From Balanoglossus misakiensis (Eukaryota; Animalia; Hemichordata), in contig CM082583.2 in the NCBI GenBank assembly GCA_040954595.2, forward strand, positions 9,534,254 through 9,598,253: 64,000 nucleotides of DNA, read 5' to 3'. Below, in pieces: positions 14,696 to 26,188 of the stretch. The notes below the pieces were generated by a model. The model ran no database searches and was not told the origin of the DNA. It was given only the letters and a program-made list of their open reading frames with translations. The position numbers were made by a program, and so were the translations under genes. Numbering within the stretch: position 1 is the stretch's first letter; each line of letters starts with the position of its first letter.

Positions 14696-16916
14696 CTAGC
14701 TAATGGAATCCAACTGGCTCTGTATTGTTTCAAGCTGAAAGAAATAAAAGACATGCAAGTCATTATCGTGAAAGCTACAATTAAAGACAAAAGCAAACCT
14801 TTTCAAGCCCTCTAGAGGTCGCTGTACAATGTTCAATGTTTATACCCTGCATATATAAGCAAGCCCGCTATTGGGTGTTACGTGTCTAGTTTTGTGATCT
14901 GTATTCTCCATTAAAATGCAGCCATGTGATGCATTTTGATTTCCAGTAATGCAGTTTGGCAGAGTACTTACCTTATCGTAGAAATCATAGAGTTCTTCAT
15001 GACCAAATTCCATTCGCACTTTTTCCTTGCTGCTGTCATCCTTCCTGATGCCTAACTCAAACATGGCATTTGGCACTTTCATCTTGGCGCTGTTAGCTTG
15101 TCCCATCTGCAGATTCAACCTCCAGTTGACATCTTCCAACTAGAGGTGAGAATCAAAGATAGTAAAACAAGAATTTAATGACCAGAAAAGTCTCTTCACC
15201 ACCCTCCCCTCCCCAAGCAATTCAAGCAAATGACATGCGAACTGTTAAAACTGATCTCACCTGATTTGGTGCAATAGTTCTGTGTCTTAAATTATCAATG
15301 ACATTTTTACCATTGGCTGTCCACGCCTTCACAAACACAGATATCTAAGAGGAGTAAAAAGTGCACTCTGTTGATTATGATATTAATTACAAGTTCACTT
15401 GATTATAAATTATTGGTAGAGGCAGGAAACATTTTCAACACAACAACATACATCAGAATTTCACGTTGTCATGGTCACGGAACTCTGGACAAGGCAGGTG
15501 GAATTTGAATAACCCTGGTCCCCTCACCTTATCTTCATCAAGCTCAATGCCTTTCAGTTGCTGTTCTAAGACAGACGGCTTAGCACTGTGATAAGCTGCC
15601 TGAAAAAAAAAAAAGATAGTTGCAAACAGTGACTAAGAATTCTGGAATTTACAAAGCATTTTAAGAGAGCCATTGTTATTTTAACAGGACTAACAATCAG
15701 TCCATTGAACTTTTCATGGATTTAACTGTTCTTAAAGGGACAAAGTCTCTCTCTCACTCTTCTTTTCCCATTTATTATGTTTGATTCACTACACTGTTTA
15801 TGCTAATGCACATGTGGATATATAGTGAATCAACATTCAACCATCACGTTTGTAGGATATGAGAGCAAAAATCTCGCCAAAATGAATAAATGGTAAACAC
15901 CGAATATTCATTTTGGCGAGTTTTTCACTCTCGTGTCTACAAGTGGGATGGAAAGTGTGTGTGGTTGAACTATGAGTAAAATTTCTCCATAATGTTTACC
16001 ATAGAGATTGTCAAAGTCACTAAATTTGGCGGCCATTTTGAATGCCATAGACTAAGCACAGATATAGGCGGCCATTTTGAACCTCAAATTTGGCGGCCAT
16101 TTTGAAAGTCTTAATTTTAAGGTAATTTTGAAAAGACCCTCCCCCCGAATTTAATGAGTAAATGAAGAATTATTTTCGGCAATAAATGAATAATCTAAAG
16201 TAGCCAAACATCAATGGTGTTTTGTATCAAACATAATTAATGGGAAAAGGGCAGCAAGAGAGAGACTTTGTCCTTTTAACTGTGACTTACCTGTTCTAAA
16301 ATAAAAGCTATAGTCTCCAATACTAGTTGGATATCTTTACTCTCCAAACCAAGTGCAATTTGTAATTTCTCTTCTTCATCTTCACTGAAAGACCTCTCAT
16401 CCTGAAAAAATAATTGAAAATGAATTTCTTAGGTTACCAATCGAACCACACATTTTTGAAATTACAGAAACAGAAATAATGTGTCGTGTTCTCCTTACCC
16501 TTAGATGAAGTTTTTGTAAAACTCTAGATAATATCCTTGGAAACTTGGCAGCATCAATTTCGTTGATGAAAGCCACCGCTTTCTTGATACTGAAAGAGAA
16601 TGGGAAAATAGTTTTTTTTGAACAACGTACACTTGGCACAGATGGCTTGTCAAGCAAGAGTCACTTCCATAGACAGTAGACCACTGTCTGTGGCCGCGCC
16701 CCCTTTTAAGTTTAACCATGGGTTTCTCCATCAAAATTCGAACTGATTATCTTCGTCGATCAAAGGGCCACTTGAAAATAAAACGCGTACCATTCACAGC
16801 CAATGCTTCTTTAGATCTGTTGAGATTAAGATGAGCGCAAAAACTTTCCACAGAATGATGAAATATGGACATTTATACAGTACTGACCTGCCAGTTGCCT
16901 GGAACATAAGCGCCAT
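14696..16916 (-). CDS. COMMD10: COMM domain-containing protein 10 (Commander/CCC complex)
   Basis: 7 exons: 16916-16888, 16589-16499, 16401-16291, 15599-15528, 15344-15261, 15139-14972, 14734-14696; 197 aa. [55 protein letters not shown] and [20 protein letters not shown] match COMMD10 as I recall it. Confidence 0.95.
15736..16275. mobile_element. Non-autonomous DNA transposon (MITE) with TTAA target duplication, Kolobok-like termini, in COMMD10 intron 3
   Basis: Left end ttaa|AGGGACAAAGTCTCTCTCT..CTTTTCCCATTTATTATGTTTGAT is an imperfect ~50 bp inverted repeat of right end ATCAAACATAATTAATGGGAAAAG..AGAGAGAGACTTTGTCCTT|ttaa. No ORF. Internal palindrome tcgccaaaatgaata/tattcattttggcga and three copies of ggcggccattttgaa. 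Confidence 0.8.
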
Positions 16917-17012
16917 CTTTTGAATGACCTCTGACCCTGCCTCTGACCTGAATGCTTATGTGAACGTTGGTGGCGCGATACCGCAGGTGAGCAGGGGCGG
17001 ATCAGGCTAAGC

Positions 17013-17026
17013 GTTGCCCTGGAAAC
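17013..17026. promoter_or_regulatory. RFX X-box in the COMMD10/C15orf61 bidirectional promoter
   Basis: GTTGCCCTGGAAAC fits the GTNRCC-N-RGYAAC-type palindrome and lies next to a GC box (ggggcgg) between ATGs at 16916(-) and 17075(+). Confidence 0.45.
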
Positions 17027-17074
17027 GATTATATATCCGACATTCGGTGCCGTAAGACCCAGATACGTCTCTAA

Positions 17075-17660
<586 letters not shown>

Positions 17661-18452
17661 TTTTGGCAGCTCCTCCCAATTCAACCCACCGCTCAGTCCA
17701 ACAACGAGGTTGGCCCAAACTAATGCCATGGAAGGTTGCTATGTAGTTATTGGTGAAAAAAGACACCCACAATAACAGTATAGTTAAACTTTTATTTCAA
17801 AATAAAAAAGTAGGAAAATGTGCATGGATGAATCATTGAGCACGACTCTCCAAAGCATAATACTATATTGTAAAAAGCACACAATGATAGTAAATCGGGT
17901 GTTTGCACGTGCAAATCCAGCACACCAGTCCCAATACAGCCACCTGTAACAGATTTTTCATCCCATAAAACAAGGTGTGGGACAACATGGAGACAAACTT
18001 ATTTCTTTTAAATTCACACACAACACATCGAGGGTTTCCAAAACTAACTCATCCTGTGCTATTTTGCAACCCTAATGGGAAAATAATACTGCCAAATGAA
18101 TGCTGTAGTTTTCAAGGTTCTCTGTACATGTATTGTACTTTGCATAGTAATGCTTTAGAAAAAAGAAAGTAGCCTGAAACAGCTTATCTCAATAATTCCG
18201 TGATAAAGCAAGTTTCCAAAACTGGTTTTTCCTTACTTTACAGTGGCCAAAATTGGCTCCAATAAACGATAAAAGAATTGTTATAATTTATTACTTAAAC
18301 TTTTCTGCTGATGATAAAATACTGATGAATGAACCCTGCCACCCCTATGAACTTTATCAGATAAGACATCCCATTGTTTCCTCAATTGAAACTGGCTATA
18401 CCAACAGTGCCAGTTGAAATTATCGCTTGTTCAGGTGTCCTGGATTATTTCT

Positions 18453-19342
18453 TCAGGTTCTCTTGATGTAAAAAGTTTTACCCTGGGCATTCAGTTCCTG
18501 TTCGTATGTCTTGCATTCTTGCTGTAGAAGTTGTCGAAGAGCTGCCCTTCGTACCTGCAAAACATTTAGCTCTGTTATTATCTTGTCCAGTGTTTATAGC
18601 CACAGCTACATGCATAACAAAAGTGTCTACCATAATAATTAATATTATAAGGTCGATGTATGGATATCTTGATAAAACTAAGTTGGTTGGTTTCTGAGCA
18701 AAGTTTGGTTGACCTACCTCTACCAAAGCTTTTCCATGTAACTTTGTTTCTGATTTCATGATATCTATGTTGTCCTTGAGTCTTCGCCTGTGGCTTGCTT
18801 CTTCTAAGTTTTCATTCCACACAGCTTTCTGATTGACATCTTCTTCACTGAGAACAAAACATAAACAGACATTTTCCCCATTCTTGTACTGTGGTGACCA
18901 TTCTCACCTTGTCTAAAGTGCTCAACTGTCGTGATTATTGTACAGGGTTATTTTCCTTAGAATTAAGTTATTCATATTATCAGGGTAACTTAGCCCTCCC
19001 CATGCCCCTGTTATTTGTGTACACTAAACATTCTACAATTATTACTTACTGTTTTAGAATTGCTTGTCTCTCTGCCATTACGTCGTCATACTATATGCAA
19101 GAAAGATACGAGACAGCGGATAAATATGAAGAAATCACAGATATTGTGGCAAATAATTTACTCTCAAAACTGAATACCGGTATGTTTATTTCACGCATCA
19201 TCTTGCAGAGCCCAAGTCTACGATGGGCCATGGGCATTTGACTTAAACTTACCTTAATCCTTTCTTGCTGTCGTTGAAGGGCCTTTTGCAGGCTCTTCCT
19301 GTCCCCCATAGCTTCGAACCTGTAGGAAGTTGCTTCGCTCAT
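18453..19342 (-). CDS. CFAP141: Cilia- and flagella-associated protein 141 (C1orf189)-like microtubule inner protein, 120 aa
   Basis: Exons 19342-19253, 19090-19050, 18847-18718, 18554-18453 join in frame. C-terminus VRRAALRQLLQQECKTYEQELNAQGKTFYIKRT* resembles the C1orf189 C-terminus as recalled (VRQAALHQLF..YQQELNQMGKAFY). X-box lies upstream. Confidence 0.8.
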
Positions 19343-19623
19343 GGTTGATGATCTTATGTTACGCGACAAGTTTCTTGTTTTCAATGAAATGCTGGAAGAA
19401 TCAGGAAGTATTGCAATAATTGTCGCACTACATTGTGTATATCCGCTAAAAGTAGTACCAATGGAAGAATACGCATCACTCAATTTCTTGATTTAGGGAT
19501 CGCTTCTTTTATTTACTTTTAGGCAAGAAGTTCCAAATCTAACCGAGTAAAACAGTCATAACTGAGAGTTTTCCTGCTTTAAAATGTATGCGCATAATTT
19601 CACTGTTTACAGTGAAACGTCCT

Positions 19624-19636
19624 GTTGCTATGAAAC
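19624..19636. promoter_or_regulatory. RFX X-box upstream of CFAP141
   Basis: GTTGCTATGAAAC about 280 bp upstream of the CFAP141 ATG; RFX regulates ciliary genes. Confidence 0.55.
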
Positions 19637-19761
19637 TTCGCCCTCTGTGGCTAAGTTTAAAATCGTTTGTTTATTTTCCTTGCAGCATAAGTCACATGCA
19701 AAAGTCACCTGACACAGTGCAGCTGCTACCTGTATTACGTGACTGTGGAGAAAGTGACATA

Positions 19762-22410
19762 ATGGGTCCCTTTCGGGTACTTTTTGTCGCGGCTTTCCTT
19801 TCATTGATCCAGTTCACGTCTGCGATGCCACCGCACATTTTACTGATTCTAGCAGACGACTACGGCTGGCACGATATCGGTTATCACGATTCCATCATCC
19901 AAACACCAAACCTTGATAAGCTGGCGAGGGATGGCGTGAAGTTAGAAAATTACTATGTTCAGCCGATATGTACGCCGACCAGAAGTCAGCTGATGAGTGG
20001 GCGGTACCAGGTAAATGTGAAAATAATACATCTTAGCGTTCTCAGTGCGCTTTAAAACTAAAACTAAGAAAATGTAACATTAAAGATATACAGTCACCTC
20101 CAATTTGTATATGCTCTTTTTTTCGCGTGTGCCAACCACTGAAAATCGGTGCATACATGTACATGTACCTGCAAGAGATTTTTTTCTTATCATTCATCAG
20201 ATCCATACGGGTTTACAGCACAGTGTTATACATCCTTGTGTACCAAGCTGCCTGCCACTGGATGACGTCACCCTGGCCCAGAAAATGAAGGAATCTGGTT
20301 ATGCCACTCACCTTGTAGGAAAATGGCATCTTGGGTTTTACAGGAAAGAGTGTCTCCCAACATACAGAGGCTTTGACTCCTCCTTTGGTATGTCATCGTT
20401 GAAGATATCTGTTGCCACTGAAGTACTACAGGAGTAGTTGCCCATGCAGTTACATGTATAGATTCTAAAGTAGAGACTGACTTTGTAGATACATTGAAAA
20501 CCTATCACAAGATGTATTCAACCATTTTTGTGGTATGTTCTGTATATTTAGGTTATCTGGCAGGATGTGAAGACTACTATACTCACAACAGAAGTTATAT
20601 CATATACAGTGGCATGGACTTTAGAGACAACATGAAAGTTGCACAACCTGAGTACAATGGACAATACTCTACTCTAGTGTTTGCTGAGAAAGCCATAAAA
20701 ATCATTCGGAACCATGATCCACAAATTGTGAGTATGGACAAATTCCCAATATACAGAGGTGGCCATGAACATAGGTTTGACTGTACAGTTTTGCAGCTGC
20801 AGTCTCCGTCCTGCCAGACAGTATTTTACAGACAAACGCCTGGCATGTTGGAGCTGCAGCATACTTGTTCCTGCAAGGTAAATTACAGCAGCTTGGTCTG
20901 TCACAGAAATACAACACTTGTAATTCTCATAAGACAACCTTTGATGCATCGTCTTGTGTTGCTATTAATCAATATGAGACAACTTTAACTGATACATTGT
21001 ATGTTACACGTGAATGTTCCAAATCTAATCTATTGGGAGCACAGTGTTCTTGACGCTATTTTCATTTATTGCAGCCACTTTTTTTGTACCTGCCGTTCCA
21101 AGCAGTCCATGACCCGTTACAAGTGCCAGCAAAGTATGAACAGCCCTACATGAACATCAAAGACAAAAACAGACGGACTTATGCAGGGATGGTCGCATGC
21201 ATGGATGAAGCTATTGGTAATATCACAGAGGCCTGGCAGAAGTCTGGGTTCAACAACAATTCTGTCATAATATTCTCAACAGGTATGATTGGACCCTTGA
21301 TTTTCTCTTATGTACCTATTTGTTTTTTGTTTGTTATTTGTTTTTGCAGACTAGTGTTAAACTTATCTGCTCTTTGTCTATTCGCTGTCTTGAGATTTTA
21401 TAGTTAACTTTACTGCCGGTCTTTCAAATTTGAAGAGCAAATGTAAAAGCTTGTGAGGTTTTGTGCTTGCAATCTTACAACCTCCGTTTCTTCACAGATA
21501 ATGGTGGACAGATCCATTCAGGTGGTAACAATTGGCCGCTTCGTGGTTGGAAGGAATCATTATGGGAAGGGGGCGTACATGGTGTTGGATTTGTGAACAG
21601 CCCCCTCATTGGTAAAAAAATGAAAGGCACCATCAGCAAGGAGTTGGTGCATGTATCTGATTGGTTCCCAACATTGGTGCATCTGGCTGGTGGCCAATTG
21701 AATGGAACCAAACCACTGGATGGCTATAATCAATGGGATACCATCAGGTGAGTTTCACATGGCGTGGGTAAACCAATACAAGGAAGCAGAGATTGCAGGG
21801 TCAGATTTGAATGAAGTGTGAAAGGTATAAAAATGTGATCCTAACATCACATTTTTCTTTTCAATGCAGTAAAGGCACAGCATCACCGAGGAAAGAACTC
21901 CTGCATAACATCGATCCTCTGACACCAATGGGAGACAAGTTCCAGCTAGAATTTGAAGGGGCGCTTTTCAATACATCCATAAGGGCTGCCATCAGAGTGG
22001 GTGATTGGAAATTGATCACAGGAAATCCAGGTGCGAAGTCTGTTCTGATTGGTTACTTCTTAGGCAACCAGAAAATATTTAGAAGCAATTTGATTATAAT
22101 TGACATAAAAATTAATATTTCTTTATCATACCCTTTCCCCCTAGGCAATGGTAGCTGGATCCCGCCACCAGAATCCGGAATAATTCCACCACATCCATCA
22201 GATGTTCCGGGAAAAATGATCTGGCTATTTAACATTGCAGAAGATCCAAATGAATACAGGGATTTGTCTCTTTTCAGACCAGACAAGGTCGATGAACTTT
22301 TGGGACGATTACAGACACTGTACGAGTCATCTGTGCCTGTTAATTTTCCTGAAGATGACCCCAGATGTAACCCAGATGATTTGGGTGGTGCATGGGGACC
22401 CTGGGAATAA
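19762..22410 (+). CDS. Arylsulfatase B/I/J-family sulfatase, copy 1
   Basis: Exons 19762-20010, 20201-20387, 20552-20727, 21075-21282, 21498-21747, 21870-22030, 22145-22410. Signal peptide, [13 protein letters not shown], formylglycine motif [30 protein letters not shown], ends GAWGPWE*. Confidence 0.95.
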
Positions 22411-22923
22411 AATGTTCCACAAGGGGTCCCTGGGAGGAATAATGGGTGCATATTAGGAACCCTGGGGTACATTGGGGACCCTGTGAATACCACAGTGTGT
22501 TTGTTGGTGGGGGGGGGGGGGGGGTGGACTTATCAGCTGATTTACAGAAATGGTATTAGTCAAACCTGGGTCTTCTTTCTACAATAATCATGTATGTAAA
22601 TGTGCAATACTCTTTCATATACTTTTTTAACTTTGATGTACTTATTGCTTACTCTGCATTAAAGTCACGAAATAGTCAGTTGACAATTGTGTACAGTTTA
22701 TTTGGCTGTTCACCACTATTAAAGGCACAATTGCAAGACCATAGAGCAGCCCAGAGGTCCATGGAAGGGTACAGACTGACTGCATGGGCGAACAATCTCG
22801 CCCTCTGTCAACCAAACTAAAAATTCGTTCGTTTTGTTCCGGCATGAAGTAGTGTCACATGAATCGTCAGCTGATTCATGATCAGGATGTGAAAGTTCAA
22901 ATATCGCTGAATTGAAATTCGCT

Positions 22924-25642
22924 ATGGGTCACCACCGGCCCTTGCGGGTCCTTTTAGTTGCGGCTTTCCTTTCATTTATTCAGTTCACGTCTGCGATGCC
23001 ACCGCACATTTTACTGATTCTAGCAGACGACTACGGCTGGCACGATATCGGTTATCACGATTCCATTATCAAAACACCAAACCTGGATAAGCTGGCGAGG
23101 GATGGAGTGAAGTTAGAAAATTACTATGTTCAGCCGATATGTACGCCCACCAGAAGTCAGTTGATGAGTGGGCGGTACCAGGTAAATAGTCCCCGTGCAT
23201 AAAATATATATTTACCTGCAGATTTTCTTATGGAACACCATAAGCAGTGTTTATACTAACATTTTGATATCGTTTGACTTGTTAATAGATCCATACTGGT
23301 TTACAGCACGCCATCATATGGCCATGTCAGCCCAACTGCCTACCACTGGATGAAATCACTCTCGCCCAGAAAATGAAGGAATCTGGCTATGCAACACACA
23401 TTGTGGGAAAATGGCATCTTGGGATGTATAAGAAAGAGTGTGTTCCAACAAACAGAGGGTTTGACTCCTTCTTTGGTATGTTGCCATGGTGATGATTGGT
23501 TTTTTAAGTGCTTTAACTGTATATATTTCAGTTCAATGTTTGATCCCACCCTGGAACTGTACAGTAATTTCTTGGTATGTCTTGCATTTCTATCTTCTGT
23601 AGGTTATCTGCTGGGTAGTGAGGATTACTACACTCACAACAGAGGTTACGACAGATACAAAGGAATGGATTTCAGAGACAATATGAAAGTCGTACAACCG
23701 CAATACAATGGGCAATATTCCACTTTAGTGTTTGCCGAGAAAGCTGTAGAAATCATTCAGAGCCATGATCCTAAAAGTGTGAGTACTGGCGTGGTATGCG
23801 CCCCGGGGTCAGAATTTCAAGAAAGATAGTCCTCCAAATGTTCAGGGTTTGTTTGGCTATACTATAAAGTCATGTGTTGGGTCTTTTTGGAAACAAAGAC
23901 CACCCCCAGTCACTTTGTGCCACCCACTGAAAATCTGTGATTTGCTAGATCTCAGTTTGCCATGGTAACTGTAGATAAAGTTGCATATAACCTTAATGCC
24001 ACTGTCTTCTTTTGTAGCCACTGTTTCTATACCTGCCATTCCAAGCAGTCCATGGTCCACTACAAGTCCCAGAAAAGTATGAACAACCCTACATGAACAT
24101 CAAAGACAAAAACAGGCGAACTTATGCAGGGATGGTCACATGCATGGATGAAGCTATTGGTAATATCACAGAAGCCTGGCAGAAGTCTGGGTTCAACAAC
24201 AATTCTGTCATAGTATTCTCAACAGGTATGGCTGTGGTTGATTGAACTCTAGATTTTTACTCAATAAATTGATTTTTCCCCGCCCCCTTTCTATCCCTTC
24301 ACTTTAAATGTGCTGGTGATAAACTCATTGGGTTTGTACTCAAAAACTTCCGACGTCGATTATTACACAGATAATGGTGGACAGATTCTTGAAGGAGGTA
24401 ACAACTGGCCTCTTCGTGGTTGGAAAGGTTCCTTGTGGGAAGGCGGTGTGCATGGTGTTGGGTTTGTAAACAGCCCCCTCATTGGTGAAAAAAGGAAAGG
24501 CACCATCAGCAAGGAGTTGGTGCACGTATCTGATTGGTTCCCAACGTTGGTGCATCTGGCTGGTGGCCAATTGAACGGAACCAAACCACTGGATGGCTAC
24601 AATCAATGGGACACCATCAGGTGAACACATGAAACTTGGCATTTGAATGTTCAAGTGAAAATGAGCAAGTATAAATGAGTTGTTATGATGCATGACCTGT
24701 ATATGTACGTACACTGACTGTGACAGTCTATGGACAAAATTGGAAAATCATAGCCAGATCTCTCCAATCTATGAGCTTAATCTTGATTTTGTGATTAATA
24801 GAAAACCTGGATATCATTGTACCCTTTCATGATGAAATTTTTCTTTCAATGCAGTAAAGGCACAGAATCACCAAGGAAAGAACTCCTGCATAACATCGAT
24901 CCACTGGGACTTCCACCACTGTTGGACAAGTTCAAGTTGAAATTCAAAAATTCTCTTTTCAATGCATCCATCCGAGCTGCCATCAGAGTCGGTGATTGGA
25001 AATTGATCACAGGTGATCCAGGTAAATAGTCCCTTCTGATTGGTCGAATTAGAAAGGAAAATAGGTCATAAATTTAGATAGTATTTACATGTATATCATA
25101 AGACATAGTCCTTTTAGTACCACATTTTAATGTAATATCTTCAGGCATGTCTGCATTTGATAAAGTGGCAACAAAAATCGATGTGTGTTATTATGCCCAT
25201 TATACGGTACCTTGTTTTTTGAATGAATAAGGTCCACACATGTCAGAGTACTGGCTGCAGACAGACACATGAACAGATGGAAGGCTATCTATATTTGTTC
25301 TGACTTAGAGACTTATATCTAAGTTACAGCTACAGATTGTTGGATGTCATTTTTTGCGTCATGTTTTGTTTCCAAGGCAACAGTACCTGGATCCCGCCAC
25401 CAGAGTCCGGAATAATTCCACCACATCCATCAGATGTTCCGGGAAAAAAGATCTGGCTGTTTAACATTGCTGAAGATCCAAATGAATACAGGGATTTGTC
25501 TCTCTTCAGACCAGACAAGGTCGATGAACTTTTGGAACGATTACAGACACTGTATAAGTCATCTGTTCCTGTTAATTTTCCTGAAGATGACCCCAGATGT
25601 AACCCAAATAATTTGGGTGGTGCTTGGGGACCCTGGGAGTAA
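22924..25642 (+). CDS. Arylsulfatase B/I/J-family sulfatase, copy 2 (tandem paralog)
   Basis: Exons 22924-23181, 23289-23475, 23603-23778, 24018-24225, 24371-24620, 24855-25021, 25377-25642. Same intron positions and motifs as copy 1. Confidence 0.95.
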
Positions 25643-25890
25643 AATTGTGCACAGGGGGCCCTGGGAGAAGTAATGGGTGAATCAGGAACCCTGGGGATAG
25701 GGTGCATTGGGGACCCTGGGAATGCTATAGGATGCATTGGGGACCCTGGGAATGATATAGGGTGTTTTGGGGACCCTGGGAATGCTATAGGATGCAATGG
25801 GGACCCTGGGAATGCTATAGGGTGCATTGGGGACCCTGGGAATAATGGGTGGTGCATGGGGACGCTGTATGGGAGCTCTGGGAATAGTAG
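25617..25890 (+). repeat. 30-bp G-rich minisatellite in the 3' UTR of sulfatase copy 2
   Basis: About 5 clean units of GGGGACCCTGGGAATGCTATAGGRTGCATT at 25709-25858, plus degenerate flanking units. The core equals the last codons of the CDS (ggtgcttggggaccctgggag). Confidence 0.9.
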
Positions 25891-26188
25891 TTTTATGGAA
25901 CCTGAGTATCCGTATAATTGATTCTTCATCCATAATCAAATATAAATATGTGCAATATTGTTTTGATACAGCAAACATAAGCTAGCTTACACCAAACTGT
26001 TTTCTGAACATAATTCTGCATAGAGATTTCTAATGACTAGATTTTATTTTCACATTATATTTTTGTGTCCATGATTGTAAGTTATCCTGGGTTGACAACT
26101 GCTGGCTACTTTTGTATTGATTTGTGTATAAAAAAAGTCATATTGACTAAAGGCAAACATGGCTGGTTCCAAGTGATTGTAAAATTGA

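Noticed and set aside
18908-18955. Possible extra exon in CFAP141 intron 2 (strong donor AAG|GTGAGA)
   Set aside because: Inclusion from either candidate acceptor introduces a stop and the flanking exons already join in frame. A poison exon cannot be supported without RNA data.
19588-19761. N-terminal extension of sulfatase 1 from the ORF-track ATG
   Set aside because: The signal peptide and paralog alignment start at 19762, and the extension covers promoter motifs.
25673-25890. Regularly spaced repeats resembling a CRISPR array
   Set aside because: The intervening sequences are near-identical rather than unique spacers, the context is eukaryotic and there are no cas genes. It is a minisatellite.
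25330-25978. Repeat-containing ORFs (FPGSPMHPIA, IGCIGDPGNA) as independent genes
   Set aside because: They are open only because the 30-bp unit lacks stops, and they overlap the sulfatase last exon and UTR.
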